A stretch of 64,000 nucleotides of DNA from an uncultured Acidobacteriota bacterium (lineage in GTDB: Bacteria > Acidobacteriota > Thermoanaerobaculia > UBA5066 > Gp7-AA6). The notes below the pieces were generated by a model. That model saw only the letters and a program-made list of their open reading frames with translations, did not search any database and was not told the origin of the DNA. The translations under genes were made by a program, and so were the position numbers. The first letter of the stretch is position 1. Every line of letters begins with the position of its first letter. The stretch covers positions 352,001 through 416,000 of the forward strand of contig CAVXTP010000022.1 in the NCBI GenBank assembly GCA_963764715.1, written 5' to 3'. Shown here one piece after another: positions 55,230 to 64,000 of the stretch.

Positions 55230-55373
55230 CGCTCGCGGCGCGGAAAGTCTCCCGAGCGAAGCGAGGGAGGAGGTCCGCGCCGCGGGAGCGAGCGCGCCGG
55301 CGAGGGATCAGGCCCGCGGTCGAGCGCGCATCCGCGCGAGCGACGGCGGTGCGCCGAAGGCGCAGATCCCTCG
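55230..55373. repeat. Structured palindromic intergenic element with nested hairpins
   Basis: GCGGCGCGGA/TCCGCGCCGC enclosing CTCCC-GAGCGAAGCGA-GGGAG; CGAGGGATC/GATCCCTCG enclosing TGCGCC-GAA-GGCGCA. Confidence 0.6.
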
Positions 55374-55390
55374 ACAAGCGTTCGCGACGG

Positions 55391-55849
55391 TTAGGCGCTG
55401 GCGACGTTGGCCGCCTGGACCTCGACCGTCAGGGTCGCCGCGACGTCCCGGTGCAGCCGGACGTGGACCGTGTGCGAACCGAGCCGGCGGATGGGCTCGG
55501 CGAGCTCCACCCGGCGCCGGTCGACCTCGACCCCCTTGGCGGCGAGCGCGTCGGCGATCTCGGAGGCGGTGACCGAGCCGTAGAGGTGGCCTTCGTCGCC
55601 GGCCTTCTTGACGACGACGACCGTCATGCCCTCGATGTTCCCGGCGACCGTCTGGGCGATCCCCTTCTCCTGGAGGGTCTTCTCGTCGTACTTCTTCTTC
55701 TCCTCGGAGAGGCGCCGGACGTTGGCCGTGGTCGCTTCGTAGGCCGCGCCCTGCGGAAAGAGGAAGTTGCGCGCGTAGCCGGGCTTCACGCTCACGGTGT
55801 CCCCGCGGTGCCCGAGCCCGCGCACGTCGTCGGCCAGGATGACTTTCAT
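55391..55849 (-). CDS. rplI: 50S ribosomal protein L9
   Basis: MKVIL..DV..LG..GD.VSVKPGYARNFLFP, LYGSVT. Confidence 0.97.
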   Translation of the reverse strand: MKVILADDVRGLGHRGDTVSVKPGYARNFLFPQGAAYEATTANVRRLSEEKKKYDEKTLQEKGIAQTVAGNIEGMTVVVVKKAGDEGHLYGSVTASEIADALAAKGVEVDRRRVELAEPIRRLGSHTVHVRLHRDVAATLTVEVQAANVASA

Positions 55850-56868
55850 TTTTTCTCGGTTCCTTCCCCGCCCCGCCGGCGGAAATCCGCGTACCAGTCG
55901 AAGAGCCCCAGGAGCGCCACGCCGACGTTGATCGGGAAGTAAGCGGCCAGGGCGTAGAGACCCGCCCGGAGAATCCGGGACCGGAGCCACCTCCGGAGGA
56001 AGTGGCAGATGATAGAGAGGCCCGCCACAAAAAACAAGGCCAGCAGCGGCAGCAGCAGGTTGCCCGCGATCCGGCGGGCCTCGCCGGAAAGCACCCCGAA
56101 CGCCGCCCCCGTCGCGACGAACAGGGCCGCCGCCTGGGCGGGCACCCGCAGGCCGTCGAACCGGGCCGCCTCGGCCGTCGCGGCGGGCCGGGCCGCGGCC
56201 GCTCCCGCGTAGAACGCGAGGGCGCCGCCGAGCACCCAGAGGGCGCCAAAGATGCCCCAGAGGTACCGGCGGGCGAGGTCCCGGGCGGCCTCGAGGGTGG
56301 CCCGCATGGCCGCCACGGCCTCGGCGTCCGCGCCGGAGCGCTGATACTGGGCGACGGCCGGCGGGATGACCTCCTCGAAGGAGGCCGAGACCTGGTCGGC
56401 GACGGAGGGGCCCGAGGCCCCCGCCGCGGCCGCGAAGGCCGCCGCGAGGAACGCGCCTCCGGCGAGGCACAGGCCGAGGTAGCAGCGCGAGGGGTCGACG
56501 CCCGCGCGCAGAAAGCCCACGGCCGCCGTCGGCAGGATCGTGACGCCCGCGGCGAGAAAGGCGATCGTGAGGCCGGCGCCGACGCCGCCGGTCGCCCAGC
56601 CGAGCCCCAGAACGATCGCGACGGCGAGCGAGCAGGCGACGAAGCCCGTGACCATTCCCCGCCGGTGGGCGAGGCGCACGAGCGGCACGGCCGCCAGCGG
56701 CGCCCCGAACGGGCTCAGGAGCGAGAGCACGGGGAGGCCGAGCGCGCCGATCACCGGCAGCACGAAGAGGGCCGAGAAGGCTCCGGCGGCGGCGAGGGCC
56801 GCCAGAGGAATCTCGAACCGGGTCGCCGGGAGACCCTCGCGCCCCGCGAGGGGTTCGGGAGAGGCCAT
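55846..56868 (-). CDS. DUF2232 (YybS-like) membrane protein
   Basis: Multi-TM, GLFDWYADFRRR C-terminus, located between rpsR and rplI. Confidence 0.82.
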   Translation of the reverse strand: MASPEPLAGREGLPATRFEIPLAALAAAGAFSALFVLPVIGALGLPVLSLLSPFGAPLAAVPLVRLAHRRGMVTGFVACSLAVAIVLGLGWATGGVGAGLTIAFLAAGVTILPTAAVGFLRAGVDPSRCYLGLCLAGGAFLAAAFAAAAGASGPSVADQVSASFEEVIPPAVAQYQRSGADAEAVAAMRATLEAARDLARRYLWGIFGALWVLGGALAFYAGAAAARPAATAEAARFDGLRVPAQAAALFVATGAAFGVLSGEARRIAGNLLLPLLALFFVAGLSIICHFLRRWLRSRILRAGLYALAAYFPINVGVALLGLFDWYADFRRRGGEGTEKK

Positions 56869-56877
56869 CCCCTCCCG

Positions 56878-57180
56878 CTAGTCCGTTGCGTACGGCAGCA
56901 GGGCGATCGAGCGGGCGCGCTTGATGGCCGTCTGCAGTTTGCGCTGATGGAGGGCGCACGTTCCGGAGATGCGCCGCGGGAGGATCTTGCCCCGCTCGGG
57001 GATGAAACCCTGGAGGAGCTTGATGTCCTTCCAGTCGATGTACTCGAGCTTCTCCGCGCAGAACTTGCAGACCTTCCGCCGGCGGACGAAGAACTTCTTG
57101 CGCGGGCCGCCCTTGGCGTCTTTTCCGCCGGGCCCCGAACGGGGACCGGAGCGGCTCCCGGAGCCTCCACCCATTCTCAT
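56878..57180 (-). CDS. rpsR: 30S ribosomal protein S18 (Zn-binding type, Gly-rich N-terminal extension)
   Basis: [38 protein letters not shown]. Confidence 0.97.
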   Translation of the reverse strand: MRMGGGSGSRSGPRSGPGGKDAKGGPRKKFFVRRRKVCKFCAEKLEYIDWKDIKLLQGFIPERGKILPRRISGTCALHQRKLQTAIKRARSIALLPYATD

Positions 57181-57593
57181 GACTCGCTCCTCTCCGCGGC
57201 GGGCTGGGCCGCGGCCGCGTCCGCCACCGGCGCCGCCGGCGGGCGCGGCGGCCGTTTGATCGCCTTCTTGCGCAGGCGCTCGGTCATCTTGGCCTGACGC
57301 TTGAGGTCCTCGTCGACGCGCACCGCGAGGTGTCGCAGGACCTGGTCGGAAAGGCCCATGCGGCGCTCGGCCTCGGCCACGGCCGCGGGCTCGGACTCCA
57401 CCTGCCAGTAGGTGTAGTGGGCCTCGCGCTTTCGCCCGATGGGGAACGCCAGCCGGCGCTTGCCCCACGGCTCTTCCTTGACGACGGTGGCGCCGCCGTC
57501 CACCAGGATCTTCCGATACTCGCCCGCGACTTTCGCCGCGTCGTCGTCGGCCAGGTCGGGCGTGACCAGGACGACGATGTCGTACAGCCTCAT
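57177..57593 (-). CDS. rpsF: 30S ribosomal protein S6
   Basis: [20 protein letters not shown]; SD GAGGAGG. Confidence 0.95.
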   Translation of the reverse strand: MRLYDIVVLVTPDLADDDAAKVAGEYRKILVDGGATVVKEEPWGKRRLAFPIGRKREAHYTYWQVESEPAAVAEAERRMGLSDQVLRHLAVRVDEDLKRQAKMTERLRKKAIKRPPRPPAAPVADAAAAQPAAERSES

Positions 57594-57612
57594 GCGTTCC
57601 TCCTCATGGATG

Positions 57613-58212
57613 TCAATCCGGATCGAGGCCGTCCGGAGAGGAAGGTGAATGATTCGCTCGCCGCATCGCGGCGTCGATTCCTTGCGTCAACCACGTCCGG
57701 AGGGCCTCCACGGCCCGCCCGACGCTGTTCTCGAATTCGTCCCGCTCGGTCTTCGCGAAGGGCTCGAGCACGTAGTCCGCGAGGTCGCGCTCGCGGGAGT
57801 ACCTCTCGCCCCGGACCCCCACGCGCAGGCGCGGGAACTCCGTGGTTCCGAGGTGGGCGATGACCGACTTGAGCCCGTTGTGCCCGCCGGCCGAGCCGCG
57901 CGCCCGCATTCGGAGCGATCCGAGCGGCAGCGCGATCTCGTCGACGACCACGCACAGGTCCGAGGGGTCGACGTCGTATTTCTGGCAAAGAGCGCGAACG
58001 GCCTCGCCGGAGGCGTTCATGAAAGTCTGCGGGAGCGCCAGGAGGACCATCTCCGGCCCGACTCTCCCCCGGCCCACGCGCGACGAACACTCTCGCGTCC
58101 GGGTCCGGATTCCCTCCTCTGCCGCGAGCCTCTCGACGACGCGAAACCCGGCGTTGTGCCGCGTGGTCTCGTAGTCGTCCCCCGGGTTCCCGAGGCCGAC
58201 GATCGCGCGCAG
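57613..58212 (-). CDS. pth: Peptidyl-tRNA hydrolase (probable CTG start)
   Basis: Upstream extension reads LRAIVGLGNPG..Y..TRHNAGF; PQTFMNASG, GGHNGLKS, RLRVGV. Confidence 0.95.
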   Translation of the reverse strand: MRAIVGLGNPGDDYETTRHNAGFRVVERLAAEEGIRTRTRECSSRVGRGRVGPEMVLLALPQTFMNASGEAVRALCQKYDVDPSDLCVVVDEIALPLGSLRMRARGSAGGHNGLKSVIAHLGTTEFPRLRVGVRGERYSRERDLADYVLEPFAKTERDEFENSVGRAVEALRTWLTQGIDAAMRRANHSPSSPDGLDPD

Positions 58213-58215
58213 AAG

Positions 58216-58920
58216 TTACTTCTCCTTTTCCTTCTCCTTCTTGCCTTCCTTCGCGTCCTCGGCGCCTTCCTCCTCCGACACGGCCTTGCCCTTCTTCAGG
58301 ACCTCGGGCTCGGTCGGCTCGGCGGCGGCCTCGGCCGCGGCGGCGGGCTCCTCCTCGCGTGCCGGGTGCGCCACGTGGACGACGACCTTTTCGGGGTTGT
58401 CGACGATCGTCACGCCCTCGACGGCGGGGATCTCGGCGATCCGGATGGCATCGCCGATCGCGAGCTCGCTCACGTCGACCGTGAGGCTCGGCGGGATGTT
58501 GCCCGGGAGACACTCGATCTCGATCTCGCGGGTCACGAGATCCAGGATGCCGCCGTCGGCCTTGACGCCCTTGGCGACGCCCGTGACCTCGATCGGGACC
58601 TTGACGGTGATCTTCACGTCCATGAGGACGCGGACGAAATCGATGTGGAGCGGCTTGCGGGAGAGGGGGTCGCGCTGCAGCTCCTTGATCATCGCGTGCC
58701 GGCTCTGGTCGGACCCGGCGAGCTTCAGGAGGAAGATCGCGTTCTCGCCCGCGCCCTCGCGGAAGAGGTCCGAGAGGGCCTTGCGGTTGACCGCGATCGG
58801 CACGTTGGGCTTCCCGGCCCCGTAGACGACGGCCGGGATCTGGCCGGCCATGCGGCTGCGGCGGGCCTCGCCCTTTCCGGTCGTCGAGCGTTTCTCGACG
58901 TTCAATTCGATGGTCTTCAT
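58216..58920 (-). CDS. rplY: 50S ribosomal protein L25/Ctc
   Basis: IPAVVYG, HIDF, GVK..GG, C-terminal Ctc domain and acidic tail; TAGAAT at 58957-58962. Confidence 0.96.
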   Translation of the reverse strand: MKTIELNVEKRSTTGKGEARRSRMAGQIPAVVYGAGKPNVPIAVNRKALSDLFREGAGENAIFLLKLAGSDQSRHAMIKELQRDPLSRKPLHIDFVRVLMDVKITVKVPIEVTGVAKGVKADGGILDLVTREIEIECLPGNIPPSLTVDVSELAIGDAIRIAEIPAVEGVTIVDNPEKVVVHVAHPAREEEPAAAAEAAAEPTEPEVLKKGKAVSEEEGAEDAKEGKKEKEKEK

Positions 58921-58959
58921 GCCCTACCCCGCGCGGGAGTCCGCGCAAAGAGGCGGATT

Positions 58960-59919
58960 CTACACAAAAAGCGAGGAAACGGAAGCCCCGTCGTGGATCC
59001 GCTGGATGGCCTCCCCGAGGAGGGGGGCCACGGAAAGGGCCTTGATCCGGGGGCATCGGGCCATGGCGGCCTCGACCGGGATGGTGTTTGTGACGAGCAG
59101 GCTCTTCAGCCCGGACCCCTCGATCCGCTCGAGCGCCGGCCCCGAAAAGACCCCGTGGACGGCCGCCGCATAGGTCCGCTTGGCGCCCCCCCTCCGGAGG
59201 GCCGCCTCGGCCTGGACGAGCGTCCCGGCGGTGTCGATGATGTCGTCGAGGATCAGCACGTCCTTGCCCTCGACCTCGCCGACCACGTTCAGGATCTCGG
59301 TTTCGTTCTTTCCCGTGCGACGCTTATCGATGACGGCGAGCGAGGCCTCCAGCCGCTTGGCGATGGCGCGGGCGCGCGTCAGGCCGCCGACGTCCGGCGA
59401 GACGATGACGAGGTCGTCCAGCGCGAGTTTGCGGATCGCGTCCAGGATGACCGGCGCCGCGAAGAGGTGGTCGACCGGGATGTTGAAGAACCCCTGGATC
59501 TGGGCCGCGTGGAGGTCCATGGTCAGGATCCGGTCCGCCCCCGCGGCGGTCAGCAGGTCGGCCATGAGCTTGGCGGCGATCGGGACGCGCGGCTTGTCCT
59601 TCTTGTCCTGGCGGGCGTAGCCGAAGTACGGCAGGACGGCGGTAATGCGCGAGGCCGAGGACCGCCGGAACGCGTCGAGCAGGATGAGCAGCTCCATGAC
59701 GCTGTCGTTGACCGGGGAGCAGGTCGGCTGGACGACGAAGACGTCGGCGCCGCGCACGTTCTCGTCGATCTGGCAGTAGTCTTCGCCGTCGGAGAAGTTG
59801 TAGAGCGTCAGCTCCCCGAGCGGGATCCCGAGATACGCGCAGATCTCCTGCGCGAGCGCCGGATGCGCGCGGCCCGAGAAGATCTTGAGATCGCCGTAGT
59901 TGAAGGCGTGTGCGACCAA
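58960..59919 (-). CDS. prs: Ribose-phosphate pyrophosphokinase
   Basis: FSDGE, PYFGYARQDKK, DLHA.QIQGFF, SPDVGG, DDIIDTAGT. Confidence 0.98.
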   Translation of the reverse strand: MVAHAFNYGDLKIFSGRAHPALAQEICAYLGIPLGELTLYNFSDGEDYCQIDENVRGADVFVVQPTCSPVNDSVMELLILLDAFRRSSASRITAVLPYFGYARQDKKDKPRVPIAAKLMADLLTAAGADRILTMDLHAAQIQGFFNIPVDHLFAAPVILDAIRKLALDDLVIVSPDVGGLTRARAIAKRLEASLAVIDKRRTGKNETEILNVVGEVEGKDVLILDDIIDTAGTLVQAEAALRRGGAKRTYAAAVHGVFSGPALERIEGSGLKSLLVTNTIPVEAAMARCPRIKALSVAPLLGEAIQRIHDGASVSSLFV

Positions 59920-60038
59920 GCGGGAGGGATTCTACGCGGGATCCGGCCGTCCGTCGACTGCGGGCGCGCACTCGGGCCGATGAGGTCGTCCGAGAGCCGG
60001 CGTGGTCGCTCGCGGGCGTCGCCGAATTCGCGGTGGAT

Positions 60039-60114
60039 TGGCTGGGGCGCTAGGACTCGAACCTAGAAATGCCGGCTCCAAAGGCCGGTGCCTTACCAGT
60101 TTGGCGACGCCCCA
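60039..60114 (-). tRNA. tRNA-Gln (anticodon TTG)
   Basis: Acceptor TGGGGCG/CGCCCCA, anticodon arm CCGGC-CTTTGGA-GCCGG, GGTTCGAGTCC, encoded CCA; TAGAAT at 60125-60130. Confidence 0.97.
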
Positions 60115-60127
60115 ACGTCCCTCGATT

Positions 60128-60442
60128 CTACGCCTGCGGTTCGGGCGTGGGGCCTTCCGCCGGAGCGGCCGGGGGCGCGGTCGCGTCGGCCGCCCGGACC
60201 TTCGCGTACTCCTCGAGAATGCGCTTCTCCATCTTCTCGCGGGTCTCGCGGTTGAGCGGATGCGCGATGTCCTTGAACTCGCCGTTCTTCTTTCGCTTGG
60301 ACGGCATCGAGATGAAGAGGCCGTTGGGGCCCTGGATGACCTTGAGGTCGGACACGAGAAAACACTCGTCGAGCACGATCGAAACGTAGGCCTTCAGCTT
60401 CTCCTCGGCGACGGGAAACACTTTCACCTGCGTGATGGTCAC
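60128..60442 (-). CDS. spoVG: SpoVG family nucleic-acid-binding protein
   Basis: ITQVKV...KLKAYVSIVLDECF.V.DLKVI.G..GLFISMPS...FKDIAHPLN. Confidence 0.95.
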   Translation of the reverse strand: MTITQVKVFPVAEEKLKAYVSIVLDECFLVSDLKVIQGPNGLFISMPSKRKKNGEFKDIAHPLNRETREKMEKRILEEYAKVRAADATAPPAAPAEGPTPEPQA

Positions 60443-61299
60443 GGAAGACCTCCCCTGGGGTTGGACTCGCGTTGAAAGTCGGTGCGCGTGAGGGTCCGGC
60501 AGCGGAAGAGACGAGCTTCGGGATGCCGGGCCGAAAGGACCTCCGCGGCGTCGGGGGGCGCGCCGTGGAGGACGATCGTCGCACCCGAGCCGCTGATGGC
60601 GTAGTCGGCCGTCAGGCCCGCAGCGGACTCGAGGTACGCCTGCATCCTGGGCTCTGTTGCTAGCACGGCGGATGCCAGATCGTTCGGCCCCAGGAATCCC
60701 GGGTGACGCGGCGAAGCGACCTCGAGCGTGGCCGCCAGGGGGAACCGCCCGGCCTGGGCCCGATAGACCGCCGCGGTCGCGACGGAGAACGGCGGCACGA
60801 GGAGCAGGAGCTCGGCGGCCGGGCCGTCGGGCACGGGCATCACGATCTCGCCTCGGCCCGTGACGTCGGCCTGGCCGCCCGTCACGAAGAATGGCACGTC
60901 GCTGCCGAGCGCGGCGGCGAGCCGCTCCAGCCGGGCCGTGTCGGCGTCGACTCCCCAGAGCGCCGCGAGCAGGCGGAGCGTGACGGCAGCGTCGGCGCTG
61001 CCGCCCCCGAGACCGCCGCCCATGGGCGTGCGCTTCTCGAGCGTGATGCGGGCGCGCGGGGGCACGCCCGCGTCGGCGGCGAGGCGCTCGGCCGCGCGCA
61101 CGACGATGTTCTCGCGGCCGCCGGGGACCGCCGGATCGTCGCACGCGAAGGCGAGCTCGTCGGAGGTCTCGACCCGAAGCCGGTCGGCGAGGCTGATCGA
61201 GACCATGCGCGACCGGACTTCGTGGAACCCGTCGGGACGGATCCGCCCGACGCGGAGCTCCCGGTTGATCTTGGCGGGGGCCGAGGCGGAGAGGATCAT
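60439..61299 (-). CDS. ispE: 4-diphosphocytidyl-2-C-methyl-D-erythritol kinase
   Basis: PAKIN..L.V, GFHE, KRTPMGGGLGGGSADAA, LGSDVPFF, SGSG. Confidence 0.95.
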   Translation of the reverse strand: MILSASAPAKINRELRVGRIRPDGFHEVRSRMVSISLADRLRVETSDELAFACDDPAVPGGRENIVVRAAERLAADAGVPPRARITLEKRTPMGGGLGGGSADAAVTLRLLAALWGVDADTARLERLAAALGSDVPFFVTGGQADVTGRGEIVMPVPDGPAAELLLLVPPFSVATAAVYRAQAGRFPLAATLEVASPRHPGFLGPNDLASAVLATEPRMQAYLESAAGLTADYAISGSGATIVLHGAPPDAAEVLSARHPEARLFRCRTLTRTDFQRESNPRGGLP

Positions 61300-61967
61300 G
61301 GCGCGGCCGCGACGGCGGGCGCTGCGGGCTCGACGGCGACGAGCGAGAGCTTGAGGCTCCGCCCCGACTTCTCCTCGCGCGCCGAGATCCGCCGCGGCCA
61401 GGGATCGGCCTCGCCCTCGTAGGTCACCGTCAGGCGGCCGGTCTCGGCGGCGATGTCGAGCGCCGCCAGGCGCTGCTCGCTGCGGTTCACCGTGGCGGTC
61501 ACCCGGAGCGGCGCTTTCCAGACGGCGAGGCAGTCGGCGCCGTCGCATCCGTCGATCGAGGAGGGCGGCCCCGGCCACGCCCCCGCGAGCACGGCCCGGA
61601 GCGAAGCCGGATCGACGACGAGGGCGTGGCGGTCCTCGCCGGTGACCCGGCCCGAATCGTACTCGGCGACGCGCGAGCCGAAGGGCCCGGTGAGCGAGGC
61701 GCGGCGGACGGTCGTTCCGTCGTACGTCACGGCGAGGATGCCGGGGAGCGCGGGGGCGCCGGTCCCGCCCATCTTCGCGTCGTAGAGAAGGCGCGCGGCC
61801 GGCAGGTCCGCGGCCCGCCGCTCGGCCGCCGCGAGGGCCTCCAGCGTTTCACGCGCCTCCTCGGCGCCCGCCGGAACGAAGTGGCGCGCCGCGGCGCGGC
61901 TCGCGCAGCCGGAGAGGAGGACGAGCGAGACGAGGACGGCGGACGCGGCGAGCGGACGCGGGATCAC
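61296..61967 (-). CDS. Lipoprotein at the lolB position (putative divergent LolB-like)
   Basis: Lipobox LLSGC; beta-rich; LTGPFG and WPRRI motifs; between the TPR gene and ispE. Confidence 0.6.
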   Translation of the reverse strand: MIPRPLAASAVLVSLVLLSGCASRAAARHFVPAGAEEARETLEALAAAERRAADLPAARLLYDAKMGGTGAPALPGILAVTYDGTTVRRASLTGPFGSRVAEYDSGRVTGEDRHALVVDPASLRAVLAGAWPGPPSSIDGCDGADCLAVWKAPLRVTATVNRSEQRLAALDIAAETGRLTVTYEGEADPWPRRISAREEKSGRSLKLSLVAVEPAAPAVAAAP

Positions 61968-63865
61968 CGCTGCGAGACGGGCGTGCGGGCTCGCCGGAGC
62001 TTGTCCTGGACGCGCTCGGCTTCCTCGGACTTGAGCGCGAGCGCCTTCTCCCAGTTGCGGATCGCGTCCTCGATGTCGCCCTGCTTCATCTCGAGATCGC
62101 CCAGGTGCTCCAGGATGGTCGGGTCGGTCGGCTCGCGGCGGGCGGCCTCGCGAAGATTCTTCTCGGCCGCGTCCATGCGTCCGAGCCGGAAGTACGCCCA
62201 GCCGAGCGAGTCGAGGTACGCGGCGTTGCGCGGCTCGCGGGACACCGCCTTCTCGAGCATCTCCCGCGCGCGCTCGAGCTGCACGCCGCGGTCCGCCCAC
62301 ATGTAGCCGAGGTAGTTCTGCGTGGCCGAGTCGTTGGGCCGCTCCTCGAGCAGCTTCAGGAACACGGTCTCGGCTTCGGCGGACGTGCCCGCCCGCTCGA
62401 GGCTCGAGCCCAGCCGGAAGAGGGCCTCGGAGCTCTCGGGATACTTCTCCGTGGCGGCCCGCGCGACGCGCACCGCGGCGTCGAACTTCTTGAGGCGGGC
62501 GTACGCGTCGGCGGCGGCCATCATGCTGTCGAGCTCGCCCGTCGCGGCGAGCGCGTCGAGCCTGGCGACCGCGGCCTTCTCGTTCCCGGTGTGGTATTCG
62601 AATTCGGCCGCGTTGGCGGCCCAGTCGGCGTCCTTCGGATCGGCCGCCGCGAAGGCGCGCGCGCGCTCGAGACCCTCGGCCCAGAACTCGCCGTCCCGGT
62701 CGGCGGCGAGCAGGATCCGCGCGGCGCGCGGATGGACGACGCCGTTCTGGAGGGCCAGCGGATCCAGGATCCGCCGCGCGGCGGCCCAGTCTTTCTGGAG
62801 GTAGGCGATGAATCCGAGCTCGATCTCGGCGGCCATCTTCGCCTCCCCCATCCGGGCGTCGTCGGCGGCCCGCCGGGCCATCCGCTCGTACATCGCCCGG
62901 GCCTCGTCGAACCTCCGCTCGCGGGTCAGCTCGGCGGCGAGAGCGCGGCGCGCCTGGAGGTCGTCGGGGTCCGCCTCGATCATGGAGCGGAGGATCTTTT
63001 CGCCTTCCTCGGTGCTCCCCCTCTCGAAGAGGACGGTCGCGAGCAGCCGCTGTCCGCCGCGGTTCTCGGGCCGCTTGGCGACGAGGTCGCGCGCGGCCGC
63101 CTCGGCCTCGGCGAACCGCCCGGCCCGCGCGAGGTCGAGGACGATGCGCTCGGTGATGGCGGAGTTGGCGGGGTCCCGGTGCTCGAGCGAACGGAGCACC
63201 TCGAGCGAACGGTCCAGGCGGTCCTGGTCCTCGTAGAGATCGATGAGGGCGGCCGCGATCTCGCGATCGCCGGGGTCCGCTTCGTAGAGCACGCGGTAGA
63301 TCGCCTCGGCTTCCTTGAGCCGTCCCGCCTTCGCCTTGGCCTCGGCGGTCAGGCGCTGGATCATCGGCTGGTTGCCGAGCTCGGGGAGCTCGTCGAGCAC
63401 CGCCGCGGCCTCGGCGGCGCGGTCGGCCGCCAGAAGCGCCCGCGCCAGGCTCACCGCGGTGCCGATGTCGGAAGGCGCGAGGCGGCGGGCGGCCGAGAGA
63501 TGCTCGATCGCCGGGGCGAGGCGCGAGGGGTCTTTCTCGGCGGCCGCCAGGTCGAGGTTTCCGAGCAGCCGCTGGGCCTCGGCGAGGGTGGGGTCGAGCC
63601 GGACGGCCTCGCGCGCCTGCTTCTCGGCTTCCGCGGGGACGTTGAGGTCCCGCAGGAGCTGGGCGTACTCGAAGTGGACGACGGCGTCGTCGGGGACCTG
63701 CTCGAGCACCTTCCGGTAGAGGCCGAGGGCCTCCTGGTATCGCCCGTCGGCGACGGCCGCGCGGGCGGCGAGGAACGTTTTCCGGCTCGCCGCGAGGTCC
63801 GCCTGCGCCGCGCCGGCGGACGCCGCGAGGAGCAGGGCGGCGAGAAGAATCGCGTATCTCTTCAC
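61964..63865 (-). CDS. Exported multi-TPR protein
   Basis: Signal peptide, many TPR helices, C-terminal NYLGYMWAD, YLDSLGWAYFRLG, ILEHLGD. Confidence 0.92.
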   Translation of the reverse strand: MKRYAILLAALLLAASAGAAQADLAASRKTFLAARAAVADGRYQEALGLYRKVLEQVPDDAVVHFEYAQLLRDLNVPAEAEKQAREAVRLDPTLAEAQRLLGNLDLAAAEKDPSRLAPAIEHLSAARRLAPSDIGTAVSLARALLAADRAAEAAAVLDELPELGNQPMIQRLTAEAKAKAGRLKEAEAIYRVLYEADPGDREIAAALIDLYEDQDRLDRSLEVLRSLEHRDPANSAITERIVLDLARAGRFAEAEAAARDLVAKRPENRGGQRLLATVLFERGSTEEGEKILRSMIEADPDDLQARRALAAELTRERRFDEARAMYERMARRAADDARMGEAKMAAEIELGFIAYLQKDWAAARRILDPLALQNGVVHPRAARILLAADRDGEFWAEGLERARAFAAADPKDADWAANAAEFEYHTGNEKAAVARLDALAATGELDSMMAAADAYARLKKFDAAVRVARAATEKYPESSEALFRLGSSLERAGTSAEAETVFLKLLEERPNDSATQNYLGYMWADRGVQLERAREMLEKAVSREPRNAAYLDSLGWAYFRLGRMDAAEKNLREAARREPTDPTILEHLGDLEMKQGDIEDAIRNWEKALALKSEEAERVQDKLRRARTPVSQR

Positions 63866-63871
63866 TCCCGG

Positions 63872-63880
63872 AATGTAGCA
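63872..63880 (-). promoter_or_regulatory. Extended -10 (TGcTACATT) 6 nt before the TPR gene GTG; leaderless
   Basis: TGCTACATT-CCGGGA-GTG. Confidence 0.65.
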
Positions 63881-64000
63881 TGCCGGCGCGGCGTGCGGCG
63901 CGTCACGGGGCCGCGGCGGTATGCTTCGGCCGGCGCGCGGCGGTGTCCGCGCCGGAGGTCGCATGCGGTCCGTTTCCCCCGTCCCCTCACCCTTCCAAAC

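Noticed and set aside
56878-57612. S6:S18 leader RNA and absence of ssb/priB between rpsF and rpsR
   Set aside because: Only 19 bp separate pth and rpsF and no leader could be supported by eye; direct rpsF-rpsR adjacency is common
60039-60114. tRNA-Gln as an island integration site
   Set aside because: No duplicated tRNA 3' end or integrase noticed; flanking order to prs is the conserved one

Overview
GC-rich (about 70%) bacterial chromosomal window made almost entirely of core genes. Gene order and content suggest an Acidobacteriota (Thermoanaerobaculia-like) diderm; this is inference, not a computed assignment. About 68 CDS, nearly all on the minus strand with many ATGA/GTGA overlaps. Reading the minus strand from the right end: TPR-LolB-like-ispE-spoVG-tRNA-Gln-prs-rplY-pth-rpsF-rpsR-DUF2232-rplI; uvrB; uvrC-two DUF4388(PatA-N) proteins-DUF4126-NYN nuclease-RNase P RNA; LD-carboxypeptidase-cNMP/FHA-recG-NDUFA9-like; S2P-trpS-scpAB-rluB-cmk-rpsA-HU/IHF-HIT-lpxB-msbA-yicC-gmk-rpoZ-coaBC; udg-M28 peptidase; priA-accA-recJ-LptC/A fusion-lptB-rpoN-hpf-regulatory PTS-cupin-miaB. 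Plus-strand genes: a PuuD-like membrane protein, a methyltransferase, an ECF sigma/anti-sigma/DUF4097 triad, two small orphans and PBP1A. No CRISPR array, transposase, integrase or prophage was seen. The most notable observations are: (1) a 64-bp coding-conserved duplication of the uvrB 3' end that looks like an att scar; (2) a paired DUF4388-TM-SPOR and DUF4388-J-TPR module next to DUF4126, an NYN nuclease and rnpB; (3) two matching ECF promoters; (4) repeated leaderless -10-to-start spacing, including a back-to-back bidirectional promoter; (5) apparent CTG starts for recG and pth; (6) a GTAG-REP and a structured hairpin element; (7) heptamer tandem repeats; (8) single-base frameshifts in rpsA and uvrB, probably assembly errors. 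All family assignments come from recognised motifs and gene order; no database search was run.
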